Positions 29,893 through 38,948 of a stretch of DNA of 63,987 bases are shown here, in pieces. Numbering within the stretch: the first letter of the stretch is position 1; each line of letters begins with the position of its first letter. Made by a program: the position numbers and the translations under genes. Under the pieces are notes generated by a model. The model did no database searches. It was not told the DNA's origin and worked only from the letters and a program-made list of their open reading frames with translations. Origin of the DNA: Mycobacteriales bacterium (GTDB taxonomy: Bacteria > Actinomycetota > Actinomycetes > Mycobacteriales > QHCD01); NCBI GenBank assembly GCA_038253135.1, contig JBBSHJ010000005.1, forward strand, positions 1-63,987. The letters run 5' to 3'.

Positions 29893-31076
29893 AGCCCCTC
29901 CAGCCGACGCCGGAGCAGGTCGCGTTCTGCTTCGGTCCTCGCCAGCTCGATCGCCGCCTGCAGATCGCGCCGGGCCGCGGCCAGATCGTTCGTACGACGG
30001 GCGAATTCGGCCCGGGTGGCGAAGAAGAGATGGTTGCGGGCCAGCGGCCCGGCCAGACCGTCGAGCAGCGACAGGCCCGCCGCCGGTCCGTCGCGCTCGG
30101 CGACCGCCACGGCCCGGTTGAGCCGCACGATTGGCGAGCCGGTACGCCGCTCCAGCTCGCCGTAGTAGCCGGCGATGGCGGCCCAGTCCGTGTCGGCTGC
30201 GGTGCGCGCGATCGAGTGCTCGGCGGCGATCAGGGCCTGCAGGCGGTATTCGCCGACCGGTTGCGGGCGCCCGCTGAGCAAGTCCAGCGCCTCGTCGATC
30301 TCGGCCCGGTGCCAGTCGCGCCGGTCCTGCTCGGCCAGCAGCACGATCCCGCCATCGGCATCGACCCGGGCATCCCGGCGCGCATGCTGCAGCAGCATCA
30401 GCGCCAGCAGGGCCCGGACCTCGGGCTCGTCCGGCATCAGCTCCACGATCACCCGGGCCAGCCGGATCGCCTCCTCGGCCAGCTCCCGCCGGACGGGCAC
30501 GGCACCGGACGACGCGGCGTACCCCTCCGTGAAGATCAGATAGAGCACGGTGAGCACGCCGCCGAGCCGCTCGGGCAGGTCGGCGTCGGTCGGGACCCGG
30601 TAGGGGATGCCGGCCGCCGCGATCCGCTTCTTGGCACGGGTCAGCCGCGCCGCCATCGTCGATTCGGACACGAGCAGGCTCCGGGCGACCTCCGCAGTGG
30701 TGAGCCCGCCCACGCATCGCAGGGTCAGGGCGATCCGGGTCTCGGCCGCCAGTGCCGGGTGCGCGCAGGTGAAGATCAGCCGCAGCCGTTCGTCGCGGAT
30801 CGTCGTCATCGACTCGGTGACCTCCTCCTCCGGGCTCCGAGCGAGGTCGTCGGTGATCAGCAGCGGCAGCTTGCGCGCCTGCGTCATCTCGCGGCGCAGC
30901 AGGTCGGTGGCCCGCCGTCGGGCGACGGTCAGCAGCCACGCCGGCGGGTTGTCCGGTACGCCGTCCCGGGACCAGGCAGTGACGGCGGCGGAGAAGGCGT
31001 CGGCCAGCGCGTCCTCGGCCACGTCGAGGCGGCGCAGCTGCCCGACGAGCAGCGCGAGCAGCCGCGCCCAGTGCAC
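29889..31076 (-). CDS. ECF-type RNA polymerase sigma factor with long C-terminal extension (the type usually paired with YciI)
   Basis: Region 2: DVAEDALADAFSAAVTAWSRDGVPDNPPAWLLTVARRRATDLLRRE. Region 4: LTLRCVGGLTTAEVARSLLVSESTMAARLTRAKKRI. ~230 aa helical C-terminal domain. The frame stays open upstream to a CTG (31127) that overlaps the yciI stop. Confidence 0.8.
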   Translation of the reverse strand: MHWARLLALLVGQLRRLDVAEDALADAFSAAVTAWSRDGVPDNPPAWLLTVARRRATDLLRREMTQARKLPLLITDDLARSPEEEVTESMTTIRDERLRLIFTCAHPALAAETRIALTLRCVGGLTTAEVARSLLVSESTMAARLTRAKKRIAAAGIPYRVPTDADLPERLGGVLTVLYLIFTEGYAASSGAVPVRRELAEEAIRLARVIVELMPDEPEVRALLALMLLQHARRDARVDADGGIVLLAEQDRRDWHRAEIDEALDLLSGRPQPVGEYRLQALIAAEHSIARTAADTDWAAIAGYYGELERRTGSPIVRLNRAVAVAERDGPAAGLSLLDGLAGPLARNHLFFATRAEFARRTNDLAAARRDLQAAIELARTEAERDLLRRRLEGL

Positions 31077-31123
31077 CCGGTGGGCGGCGGCTATCGCGTC
31101 GTTCGCCGCGGCGATCGTCGGCC

Positions 31124-31471
31124 TCAGCGGTCTTGGTCCGTCACGACCTTGCGGACCTCGATGTGGTCCGCCGGCAGCATGGGGATCTGCTTGGCGTATT
31201 CGGTCGCGGTGTCGATGTCGTCGGCCTCCACGAGATACCAGCCGCCGATGCCCTCAGCGGTCTCGGCGAAGGGGCCGTCGGTGACGGTGCGCTCGTCGCC
31301 GTCCGGCCGGACGGTCTTGACGGGGGAGTAGGCCAACTCGGCGCCACCGCGGAGCACGGAGCCGTGCTTCTCCCCGAAGGCCGCGTGGTCGGCGTACATC
31401 TGCTTCCTCTGCTCCGGCGAGAGCGCAGCGTACGGCTCGTTTCTTCCGACGATCAGGAGTGCGTACTGCAT
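31124..31471 (-). CDS. YciI family protein
   Basis: 115 aa from ATG 31471, the C-terminal part of spurious ORF 31124..32224. MQYALLIVGRNEPYAALSPEQRKQMYADHAAFGEKH...DGPFAETAEGIGGWYLVEADDIDTATEYAKQIP. Confidence 0.85.
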   Translation of the reverse strand: MQYALLIVGRNEPYAALSPEQRKQMYADHAAFGEKHGSVLRGGAELAYSPVKTVRPDGDERTVTDGPFAETAEGIGGWYLVEADDIDTATEYAKQIPMLPADHIEVRKVVTDQDR

Positions 31472-31503
31472 GATGGTGTCCCTTCGGGGCTCGAGGTGCG
31501 TTC

Positions 31504-32328
31504 TCAGAACGATGACGGACGGGGACGAGCCGGATCGACAGGGCCCGGGCCGCCCTGGCAGCGCGGGCACCAGAAGGCGACGCGCTCGGTGGGCGCCGGT
31601 CCGAGCCGGGCGGTGCGGATCGGGGTCTGGCATCGCCGGCACGGCCGGCCCGCGCGGCCGTAGACCCAGTGCATGTGGCCGCGGCGCATGTCGCCGGTGG
31701 TGGACTGCTCGGGGTGCTCGCGGTTGGCCCGCATCAGCCGGCGGGCGATCGCGACGACCTGCTGCGGATCGGCCACGTCGGCCACCGGTGTCCAGGGCGT
31801 GACGCCGGAGAGGAACGCTGTCTCGTTCTGGTAGAGGTTGCCGATACCCGCGACATTGCGTTGATCGAGCAAGGCCACGCCGATGCCGGTGTCCGGCGTC
31901 GCACTGATCCGGCCGGCCGCCGCGTCGAGGTCGAAATCCTCGGTCATGATGTCGGGTCCCAGATGCCCGACCAGGCTCGCCTCCTCGGCGGTCGGGACGA
32001 CGGCGAGGTCGTGGACCCGGCGCCCGAGGACGTCGTACGCCGGCGTCGAGAGCACCGCGCGCACCTCGTGCCCCGGCATCGGCCAGCGGGCCGCCGCTGC
32101 GACGATCACCCACGAGCCGTCCATCCTCAGGTGCGCGTGCAAGGTCACGGCGTCGGCGAACCGGATCAGCAGGTGCTTGCCGGCCGCGGCGGCGCCGGTG
32201 ACGGTCCGGCCGCGCAGGTCGCACGGGGCCAGCGACGGGACGCGGAGCTCGCCGCGGGTCAACCGCTGGCCGGCGAGTACGCCGTGCAGCCGCTTCGCGG
32301 TCAGCCAGACCGTGTCACCCTCGGGCAT
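31504..32328 (-). CDS. nei: Fpg/Nei family DNA glycosylase (endonuclease VIII-like)
   Basis: ATG 32328 inside ORF 31504..32901. MPEGDTVW (catalytic Pro2/Glu3), the H2TH region LLDQRNVAGIGNLYQNE, and the zinc finger CRRCQTPI...FWCPRCQ. Confidence 0.88.
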   Translation of the reverse strand: MPEGDTVWLTAKRLHGVLAGQRLTRGELRVPSLAPCDLRGRTVTGAAAAGKHLLIRFADAVTLHAHLRMDGSWVIVAAAARWPMPGHEVRAVLSTPAYDVLGRRVHDLAVVPTAEEASLVGHLGPDIMTEDFDLDAAAGRISATPDTGIGVALLDQRNVAGIGNLYQNETAFLSGVTPWTPVADVADPQQVVAIARRLMRANREHPEQSTTGDMRRGHMHWVYGRAGRPCRRCQTPIRTARLGPAPTERVAFWCPRCQGGPGPVDPARPRPSSF

Positions 32329-32371
32329 GCGGTCATTGTGCCCGGGACGGGCGTCTGGCCCTGCCGCACCG

Positions 32372-33727
32372 TCAGGGCGCGGGGCGTGCTCGCTCGCGTC
32401 CGAGAACGTGTCGCAGCGCCGCTGGCAAATCAGGATGCCGGAAATGATGTCCGGCGCGTTCGAGCACGCCGGGGCGGACCCGCTGGTCGGCCAGTGCGAG
32501 CTCCTCGGAGCCTTCGCGCCCGAGCAGGAGTCGCGGTCCGAGCGCGGGAACAGGCAACAGGGCGGGCCGGTGCAGGACGCGCGCCAGGATCTCGGTGTAC
32601 TCGGTGTTGCGGACAGGGCCGGGCGCGACCGCGTTGATCGGTCCCGACATCGAGGGGTCAAACGCGGACCGGAGGTAGATGTCAGCCAGGTCGTCGATTC
32701 CGATCCACGACTGCCATTGCGCGCCCGAGCCGACCCTGCCGCCCAAACCGGCCGCGAAGAGCGGATACAGCAGCCGCAGGGTGCCGCCGCGCGGGGACTG
32801 CACGATGCCGGTACGGATTCGCACGCAACGGAGACCGGCATCGGCGGCCGGCTCGGACGCCAACTCCCAGTCGCTGACCACGTCAGCCAGGAATCCCTCA
32901 CCGCGCTCGCTGCCTTCGGTCAGCTCCTCGTCGCCCCGGTCGGCACCGTAGTAACCGATGGCCGATGCACAGATGAAGGCCGTGGGACCGTCCTTGGCCG
33001 CCCCGGCGCAGGCGGCGAGCCGCCGGGTCGGCGCGATCCGCGTGCCGCGGATCGCGGCTTTGTGGTCGTCGGTGAACCGGCCGGCGATCGACGCTCCGGC
33101 CAGGTGGATAACCACGTCGACGCCGTCGAGGAGTCCGGCATCCGGATCGTCGGGATCCCACCGCCGTTCGTCCGCGGACCCAGGCCCCCCGCGGACGAGT
33201 CGGATCACACGATGGCCGGTCGTGGTGAGCAAGGCGGCAACCGCCGAGCCGATCAAGCCGCTGGCGCCGGTGATCGCGATCGTCAACGCCTCGTGCGGCC
33301 AGTGCAAGGCCCGCTGTCGGGCCGCGAGATCGTCGGCCAATTGATTGTGCCGGTAGGTGAACATCTCCCTGAGGGCGATCCCCGGGACGTGGGTCTCCAC
33401 GGTGTCGGTGACGCGCGTCCGGTCCGACCCGAGCGAGGTGAACTCGTGCCGATGCTGCCAGCGCAACACGGTCGATGCGAACGGCGTCGCGAGGCGGTCG
33501 ACGAACTGGTTGGGCCGCTCGTACCCGGCCGTGTCGTGCTCGGCGATCCATCGCAGTCCGCCCGGCAGCGACAGGACGGCCCGGCCGTCATAAAGCGTCG
33601 AAGCCTCCTCGACGATCCGCACGGGCTGCCACGGCGGCATCAGTCGCGCGATCGCCCCCGGCTGGGCGTGCCAATCGAAAACCTCGGTCACGGGCGCGTT
33701 GACCACGCTGGTCCACGTGAAAGTCAT
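32372..33727 (-). CDS. SRPBCC domain fused to a TIGR01777/YfcH-type NAD-dependent epimerase-like protein
   Basis: ORF trimmed to ATG 33727 (MTFTWTSVVNAPVTEVFDWHAQPGAI..., an SRPBCC fold start). Middle Rossmann motif IAITGASGLIGSAV. DUF1731-like C-terminal end. Confidence 0.75.
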   Translation of the reverse strand: MTFTWTSVVNAPVTEVFDWHAQPGAIARLMPPWQPVRIVEEASTLYDGRAVLSLPGGLRWIAEHDTAGYERPNQFVDRLATPFASTVLRWQHRHEFTSLGSDRTRVTDTVETHVPGIALREMFTYRHNQLADDLAARQRALHWPHEALTIAITGASGLIGSAVAALLTTTGHRVIRLVRGGPGSADERRWDPDDPDAGLLDGVDVVIHLAGASIAGRFTDDHKAAIRGTRIAPTRRLAACAGAAKDGPTAFICASAIGYYGADRGDEELTEGSERGEGFLADVVSDWELASEPAADAGLRCVRIRTGIVQSPRGGTLRLLYPLFAAGLGGRVGSGAQWQSWIGIDDLADIYLRSAFDPSMSGPINAVAPGPVRNTEYTEILARVLHRPALLPVPALGPRLLLGREGSEELALADQRVRPGVLERAGHHFRHPDLPAALRHVLGRERARPAP

Positions 33728-33958
33728 GCGAGAGCCGTCCCTTCGTCGTTGCTGTTGCCTCATCGCACCCGACGTCGTACGCGGTCTCGCCGTGGCCCAT
33801 GCCCGGCCTGCCGGCAGTAATGGCCCACGGACACGGTACCTCCGACGCGGTCATCGCCCGTGACGAACTCACCGCGCGGTCGAGTTGCCCGCACGGGCGG
33901 ACCTCGAGGGTCACGCAACCGGCTGGTCGGCGGCGGCCCGTCCGATCTCGGAACCCTC

Positions 33959-34000
33959 GGCCGGTTACGTTCGGCCGGTTACGGTCGGCCGGTTACGCTC
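33959..34000. repeat. Tandem repeat, 14 bp x 3 (GGCCGGTTACGNTC)
   Basis: Direct reading: ggccggttacgttc ggccggttacggtc ggccggttacgctc, in the divergent region immediately before the probable GTG start (34007) of the BadF-type gene. Confidence 0.95.
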
Positions 34001-34006
34001 GCCGCG

Positions 34007-35134
34007 GTGCCTGACCTTCCCGACCCCGCCGCCGGACGACCGCTCGTCCTCGGCGTCGACGGCGGGGGGACCGGCGCGCGCGCCCTCGTTGCCGCCAGGG
34101 ACGGCCGCCGGGTGTCAACCGGGACCGCCGGCGGTGCCAACCCGGTGTCGCGTGGGATCGAGGCGGCGGTCCGCGAGATCGGCCGGTGCATCGCGGCCGC
34201 GCTGGCCGGCATCGACCCGGCCGAGGTCGGCGAGGTCGTGCTGGCGCTCGCCGGGGCGACCACCTACACGGTGGCCCGGGATCTCGGTCTCGGCGAGATG
34301 CTGCGGGCCGCCGGGCTGGCCGGCCCGTGGCGGCTGGTGTCGGACATCGAGGCGGCGTTCGCCGCGGGCACGCCGCGGCCCGCCGGCGCGGTGCTGATCG
34401 CGGGCACCGGGGCGGTCGGCGGCGCCATCGAGGACAATGCGCTGATCAGCCAGGTGGACGGGACGGGTTACCTGCTCGGTGATGACGGGTCCGGCTTCTG
34501 GTTCGGCCGCGAGGCGGTGCGGGCGGCGCTGGCGCACCTCGACCGGCGCGGCCCGGCCACGTCGCTGACCGCGCGGTGCCTGGCGGCGTACGGGCTCACC
34601 GGCCGTGAGCCAGCCGGTGCCAACGCCGTCAGCGTCGGCCGCCGGCTGGTGGAGCGGGTGTACGCCGCCGCGCCTATCGACCTGGCCGAGCGGGCGCCGC
34701 TGCTCCTCGAGGCGGCCGGGGCCGGCGACGCGGTCGCCCTCGCGATCGCGCGGCGCGGCGCGGATCTGCTGGTGGCCACCGCGACCGCCGCGGCCGATGC
34801 CGGGGTCCATCACCTCGCCGGGCTCCCGGCTCACCCTCCGGTCGAGTGGCCACCGTCCGCTGACGACACGCCGGCGGCAGCAGCCAAGAGTGACGAATCG
34901 ACCGAAGGGACCGGGAGCAGGAGCGAGAGGGGAACGGGCGAACCGGGGCCGGTCGTGCTCGCCGGCGGGTTGCTGACCCGGGCCGGCCCGGTCCGCGACC
35001 GGGTTGTCGCCGGCATCCGGGCGGGACTCGGCGTCGACGCGCTCACGGCGTACGACGGCGCGGCGGGAGCCGCCTGGCTGGCGCTGGTCGATGCCGACCG
35101 CGCCGACGTCGTACACGCGCGCCTGGTGCGTTAG
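34007..35134 (+). CDS. BadF/BadG/BcrA/BcrD-type ATPase (N-acetylglucosamine kinase-like)
   Basis: ORF 33860..35134; start is uncertain (GTG 34007 proposed). LVLGVDGGGTGARALV (ASKHA phosphate-1 motif), ...IAGTGAVGG..., ...YLLGDDGSGFWFGREA. Contains a low-complexity insert. Confidence 0.7.
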   Translation: MPDLPDPAAGRPLVLGVDGGGTGARALVAARDGRRVSTGTAGGANPVSRGIEAAVREIGRCIAAALAGIDPAEVGEVVLALAGATTYTVARDLGLGEMLRAAGLAGPWRLVSDIEAAFAAGTPRPAGAVLIAGTGAVGGAIEDNALISQVDGTGYLLGDDGSGFWFGREAVRAALAHLDRRGPATSLTARCLAAYGLTGREPAGANAVSVGRRLVERVYAAAPIDLAERAPLLLEAAGAGDAVALAIARRGADLLVATATAAADAGVHHLAGLPAHPPVEWPPSADDTPAAAAKSDESTEGTGSRSERGTGEPGPVVLAGGLLTRAGPVRDRVVAGIRAGLGVDALTAYDGAAGAAWLALVDADRADVVHARLVR

Positions 35135-36705
35135 GGCAGGCGGAGCACGCCGTCCACCCGTTGCGGGACCCGGTCGGGATTGTCATCGCGCAACTCGCCC
35201 GGGAGCAGCTCGACCGGTGCGTCCTGCAGGCACACCGGCCGCAGGAACCGCCGCATCGCGGTGATCCCCACGGACGTATGGATCGACGTCGACGCCGGCC
35301 ACGGGCCGCCGTGCTGCATCGCCCACGCCACGGCCACCCCGGTAGGGAAGCCGTCGAAGACGACCCGGCCCGAGACGGCGGTGACGACATCGAGCACGCG
35401 CTGCGGCAGATCCGTCTCACCCGGCCCGATGTGCAGCGACGCGGTGAGCGAGCCGGGCACGCGGCCGAGCGCGGACAGCAGGGCCGCCTCGTCGGTGTAG
35501 CGCACGACCAGCACGAGCGGGCCGAAGCATTCCTCCTGCAGCCGGCCGTGCAGCTCTCCCGCATCGACCTGCAGGACCCGCGGGCGAACCGCGTAGCCGA
35601 GCTCGGGCGGCGGCTGGTCACCGCGCGCGACCTCAGTGACGGCCGCCGCGCCGGCGAGGTCCTCGCTGCCGCGGACAAAGCCGTCGCGCACGCTCGCGGT
35701 CAGCAGGACCCCCGGCGCGGCGGCGCGGGTCGCTGCGGCCAACGCGTCGACGACGGCGTCGCCGTCGGCGCCGGCCGGGACGAAGGCGAGCCCCGGCTTG
35801 GTGCAGAACTGCCCGACGCCGAGGGTGTACGACGCGGCCAGGCCCGTGCCGATCTCACCGGCCCGCCTCGCGGCGGCCGCCGGTGTCACGACCAGCGGAT
35901 TGATGCTGCCCAGCTCGGCGTAGAACGGGATCGGGTCGGGCCGGCCCGCGGCGAGGTCGGCCAGCGCCCGGCCGCCGCGCAGCGACCCGGTGAAGCCGAC
36001 GGCCCTGATCGCGGGGTGCTGGACGACTGCGGCGCCGGCGGCCTCGCCGTGCACGATGCCGATCGTGCCGTCCGGCGCGCCGGCATTCGCCGCCGCTTCG
36101 CGGATCCGTTCGAAGCAGCGCTGCGCCGTCGCCGGGTGGCCGGGATGCGCCTTGACGACCACCGGACAGCCACTCGCGAGCGCGGCGGCCGTGTCACCGC
36201 CGGGCACCGAGAAGGCGAGCGGGAAGTTGCTCGAGCCGAACACCCCGACCGGCCCGACCGGCACCAGCCAGCGGCGCAGGTCCGGCCGCGGGCCCATCGC
36301 CGTGTCCGCGGCGTGCTCGATCGTCACCTCGAGGTAGGAGCCCTCCTCGAGGGCATCGGCGAAAAGCCGCAGCTGGTACGTCGTACGGGTCAGCTCACCG
36401 GGCAGCCGCGGCGAGCCGAGCGCGGTCTCGCGGTCGGCCAGCGCCACGATCGGCCCGGCATCGGCGGCGAGCGCGTCGGCCACCGCGCGCAGCAGCCGAG
36501 CGCGCCCGGCCCGGCCGAGTGCGGCGAGGGCCGGTGCCGCGGCGGCCGCGGCGCCGCAGATGGCGTCGACCTCGGCCGCCGAGCTCTCCGGCGCGACGTT
36601 CTCGACCGCCGTACCGGTCCGTGGGTCGATGCTGGCGACCATGGACATGTGCGCGACCTCCTGGCTGGCGTGCTCGCTCGATCGTCGGTCGGCGCCGGCT
36701 GTCAT
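35131..36705 (-). CDS. Aldehyde dehydrogenase (NADP+), alpha-ketoglutaric semialdehyde dehydrogenase-like
   Basis: 524 aa. The start overlaps the upstream stop (ATGA). ...VGVFGSSNFPLAFSVPGGDTAAALASGCPVVVKAHP...LGVGQFCTKPG (catalytic Cys block). Confidence 0.8.
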   Translation of the reverse strand: MTAGADRRSSEHASQEVAHMSMVASIDPRTGTAVENVAPESSAAEVDAICGAAAAAAPALAALGRAGRARLLRAVADALAADAGPIVALADRETALGSPRLPGELTRTTYQLRLFADALEEGSYLEVTIEHAADTAMGPRPDLRRWLVPVGPVGVFGSSNFPLAFSVPGGDTAAALASGCPVVVKAHPGHPATAQRCFERIREAAANAGAPDGTIGIVHGEAAGAAVVQHPAIRAVGFTGSLRGGRALADLAAGRPDPIPFYAELGSINPLVVTPAAAARRAGEIGTGLAASYTLGVGQFCTKPGLAFVPAGADGDAVVDALAAATRAAAPGVLLTASVRDGFVRGSEDLAGAAAVTEVARGDQPPPELGYAVRPRVLQVDAGELHGRLQEECFGPLVLVVRYTDEAALLSALGRVPGSLTASLHIGPGETDLPQRVLDVVTAVSGRVVFDGFPTGVAVAWAMQHGGPWPASTSIHTSVGITAMRRFLRPVCLQDAPVELLPGELRDDNPDRVPQRVDGVLRLP

Positions 36706-37604
36706 CGGATCTCCCTCGCCTGCTGCCGTTCGGTCAGGTAGCGCATGCCGCCGGGCCCGCGGACCACGGGGTTGGCCAGCCGGCCGATCCCGTCGATCTC
36801 GATCTCGACGACGTCACCGGCGGCCAGCGTGAACGGCAGGTCGGGCACGAGGCAGGTGCCCGTCGACAGGATCGCGCCGTCGGGAAACGCGTCGGCCCGG
36901 TAGAGGTAGCCGGCCAGGTCGTCCAGCTTGCGGTGCAGCAGCGCGGTGCTCGTCTCACCGCTCCACGCCGCCGCGCCGCCGCGGTGGATCGCCAGCCGGA
37001 TCGCCAGCGCATAGGGATCGCCGAGGTCCGGTGCCGGCACGATCCACGGGCCCACGGCGCACGAGCCGAGGTAGATCTTGGCCTGGGGCAGGTAGAGCGG
37101 GTTCTCGCCCTCGATGCTGCGGGAGCTGACGTCGTCGCAGATCGTGTAGCCGACGATCTCGCCGCCGGAGTTGATGACCACGGCCAGCTCGGGCTCGGGT
37201 ACGTCGACCTGCGAGTCGGCGCGGATCGCGATCGGCTCGCCGTCGCCCGCGACCCGCCACGCCGCCGCCTTGAAGAAGAGCTCCGGCCGGTCCGCGTCGT
37301 ACACCTGCTCGTAGACCGTCGATGCCCGCTCGCTCTCCTCGACGCGGGCGTCCCGGGACCGCTCGTAGGTCACCCCGGCGGCCCACACCTCCGTCGCGCC
37401 GTCGACGGGCGGCAAGAGCCGTGCCTGCGGTACGACGTCCCCCGGTGCCGCGAGCCGCTCCCGGAGCCCGCGCCGGTCGAGGCGCAGCAGGGTGGCGACC
37501 GAGCCGGCCAGGTGGCGGACCGCGCCGTCGGCGCCCCGCAGGCCGGCCGCGGGACCGGCACCGGCGTCGTACCGGACGATCGCGGCGCGCGGGGTGGACG
37601 GCAT
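36702..37604 (-). CDS. Fumarylacetoacetate hydrolase family protein (2-keto-3-deoxy-pentonate dehydratase-like)
   Basis: 300 aa. FAH-fold blocks ...VDVPEPELAVVINSGGEIVGYTICDDVSSRSIEGENPLYLPQAKIY... Translationally coupled to the aldehyde dehydrogenase. Confidence 0.7.
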   Translation of the reverse strand: MPSTPRAAIVRYDAGAGPAAGLRGADGAVRHLAGSVATLLRLDRRGLRERLAAPGDVVPQARLLPPVDGATEVWAAGVTYERSRDARVEESERASTVYEQVYDADRPELFFKAAAWRVAGDGEPIAIRADSQVDVPEPELAVVINSGGEIVGYTICDDVSSRSIEGENPLYLPQAKIYLGSCAVGPWIVPAPDLGDPYALAIRLAIHRGGAAAWSGETSTALLHRKLDDLAGYLYRADAFPDGAILSTGTCLVPDLPFTLAAGDVVEIEIDGIGRLANPVVRGPGGMRYLTERQQAREIR

Positions 37605-37952
37605 GAATCGACCCTAATGTGTTGCGCGGGTTGCCAAGGGGGCAGGGTGAAGCGGCGTCCGTGACCGTCGCGGGCGACGCCTCGCCAACCGTGAGCTTCC
37701 GGCCGGCGCCGCACCGCGACCCGTCGCCGGCTGTAGCCGCCCCCGGCCAGGTTGGGCACGATCGTGGCCGGCGGGCTCGTGGTGTCCATCGGTGCAGCCT
37801 CTCCGATGCCTCCGGGTGCGGGGCGGCGGCTTGCCCGAACGTACGGTCGTCGGCCAGATTCGGGTCGTGACCTTTTCGCGCCGACCCTGACGCCGCCCGT
37901 CGGGTGTGCGGCGTATCTTGCCATGCAATGTGATTGCGTGGAGGTGACAGAC

Positions 37953-38279
37953 ATGGTCGACCTCGACCTGTTGCGACGCCTCGCCAGAGAAGCGATTGCC
38001 CACTCGCGGATGGGGCGCGCGGAACGGGTCGAGTACGTGTCTGGGATCGCCTATGGGCCGCCGCCAGGCTCGGCCGAGCGGCTCGAGGATTCCGCGGCGA
38101 TGCCGACGAGTGTGACCATCCTGCAGATTCACGGCCACTTCACCCAAGAACTTCCGCGCCTTCTTCGCCGGCACGCTCCCGAAGGAGAAGTTTGGGAGCG
38201 AAATGCGATCTGTCTGTCCATCGATGAACAGACGGGCTGCGCCTTTCCTCGTCGCAACGGCTCGTTCCGCAGGACTTGA
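37953..38279 (+). CDS. Hypothetical protein (108 aa) in a visibly lower-GC patch
   Basis: ATG 37953 preceded by a GGAGGTGA RBS. MVDLDLLRRLAREAIAHSRMGRAERVEY... No family recognised. Confidence 0.4.
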   Translation: MVDLDLLRRLAREAIAHSRMGRAERVEYVSGIAYGPPPGSAERLEDSAAMPTSVTILQIHGHFTQELPRLLRRHAPEGEVWERNAICLSIDEQTGCAFPRRNGSFRRT

Positions 38280-38372
38280 GCGCTCTTGGCGACGTGCTGC
38301 TGCTCGATCCGCGCAACCTCTGACCGCGGCGAGACGTCCGGGATGCGATTGCGCGCGGACGGTGAGGAGCAA

Positions 38373-38948
38373 TTATCCCTCGGCCACGATCACGGCTCGG
38401 AGTCGATCGAGCTCGGCGTCGGTGTAGCGGTGGTGCGCTTCCGACATGTTGATTGGGCGGCCGGCGAAGGCGTCGTTCGGCACCCGCGGAAAGAGGTGCA
38501 TGTTCAAGTGCGGCAGGGTGTTGCCGTGGATTTCGTAATTCATCTTTATCGGGCGGACCAGCCGGTGTAGCCGCTCGGCGACCAGCATGCACTCCCGCCA
38601 GAACGCGGCCTGCTCTGCGGGCGGGAGCTCGAACGGCTCGACCGCGTGGATCTTCGAGATCACGCAGACGTAGCCGAAAACCGCGACCTCGGGATCGGTG
38701 GTGATCCAGGTGTGCACGAGCTCGGCGATGATTCCGAACGGATGCCCGGACGCACACACAACGCAGCCCTCGGGCCGACATCGCCGACCCCAGCTGTCGC
38801 GGTCGGTCCAGGCCTTTCCGTGCAATTCTGCTGCCATCTCGTCCTGATTGGGCCAGCGATCAAGACTCACCCCGCCGTCTTCCCGAGTCCTCGGATTGAG
38901 CACCGCAGGGCCATCAGGTTGTCGTCGGTCGTCAGTGGTGGAAGCCAC
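38373..38948 (-). CDS. HIT family protein
   Basis: Histidine-triad motif HLNMHLFPR near the C-terminus. Start is uncertain (38948 overlaps the gad 3' end by 17 nt; alternative ATG at 38837). Confidence 0.7.
   Translation of the reverse strand: MASTTDDRRQPDGPAVLNPRTREDGGVSLDRWPNQDEMAAELHGKAWTDRDSWGRRCRPEGCVVCASGHPFGIIAELVHTWITTDPEVAVFGYVCVISKIHAVEPFELPPAEQAAFWRECMLVAERLHRLVRPIKMNYEIHGNTLPHLNMHLFPRVPNDAFAGRPINMSEAHHRYTDAELDRLRAVIVAEG

Noticed and set aside
37370-37954. Minus-strand ORF starting MDTTSPPATIVPNLAGG.. with a GGAGAGG RBS in the 37605..37952 gap.
   Set aside because: It runs 235 nt into the FAH-family gene in a different frame and has an Arg/Pro-rich composition, so it is probably not coding. 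The gap remains unexplained.
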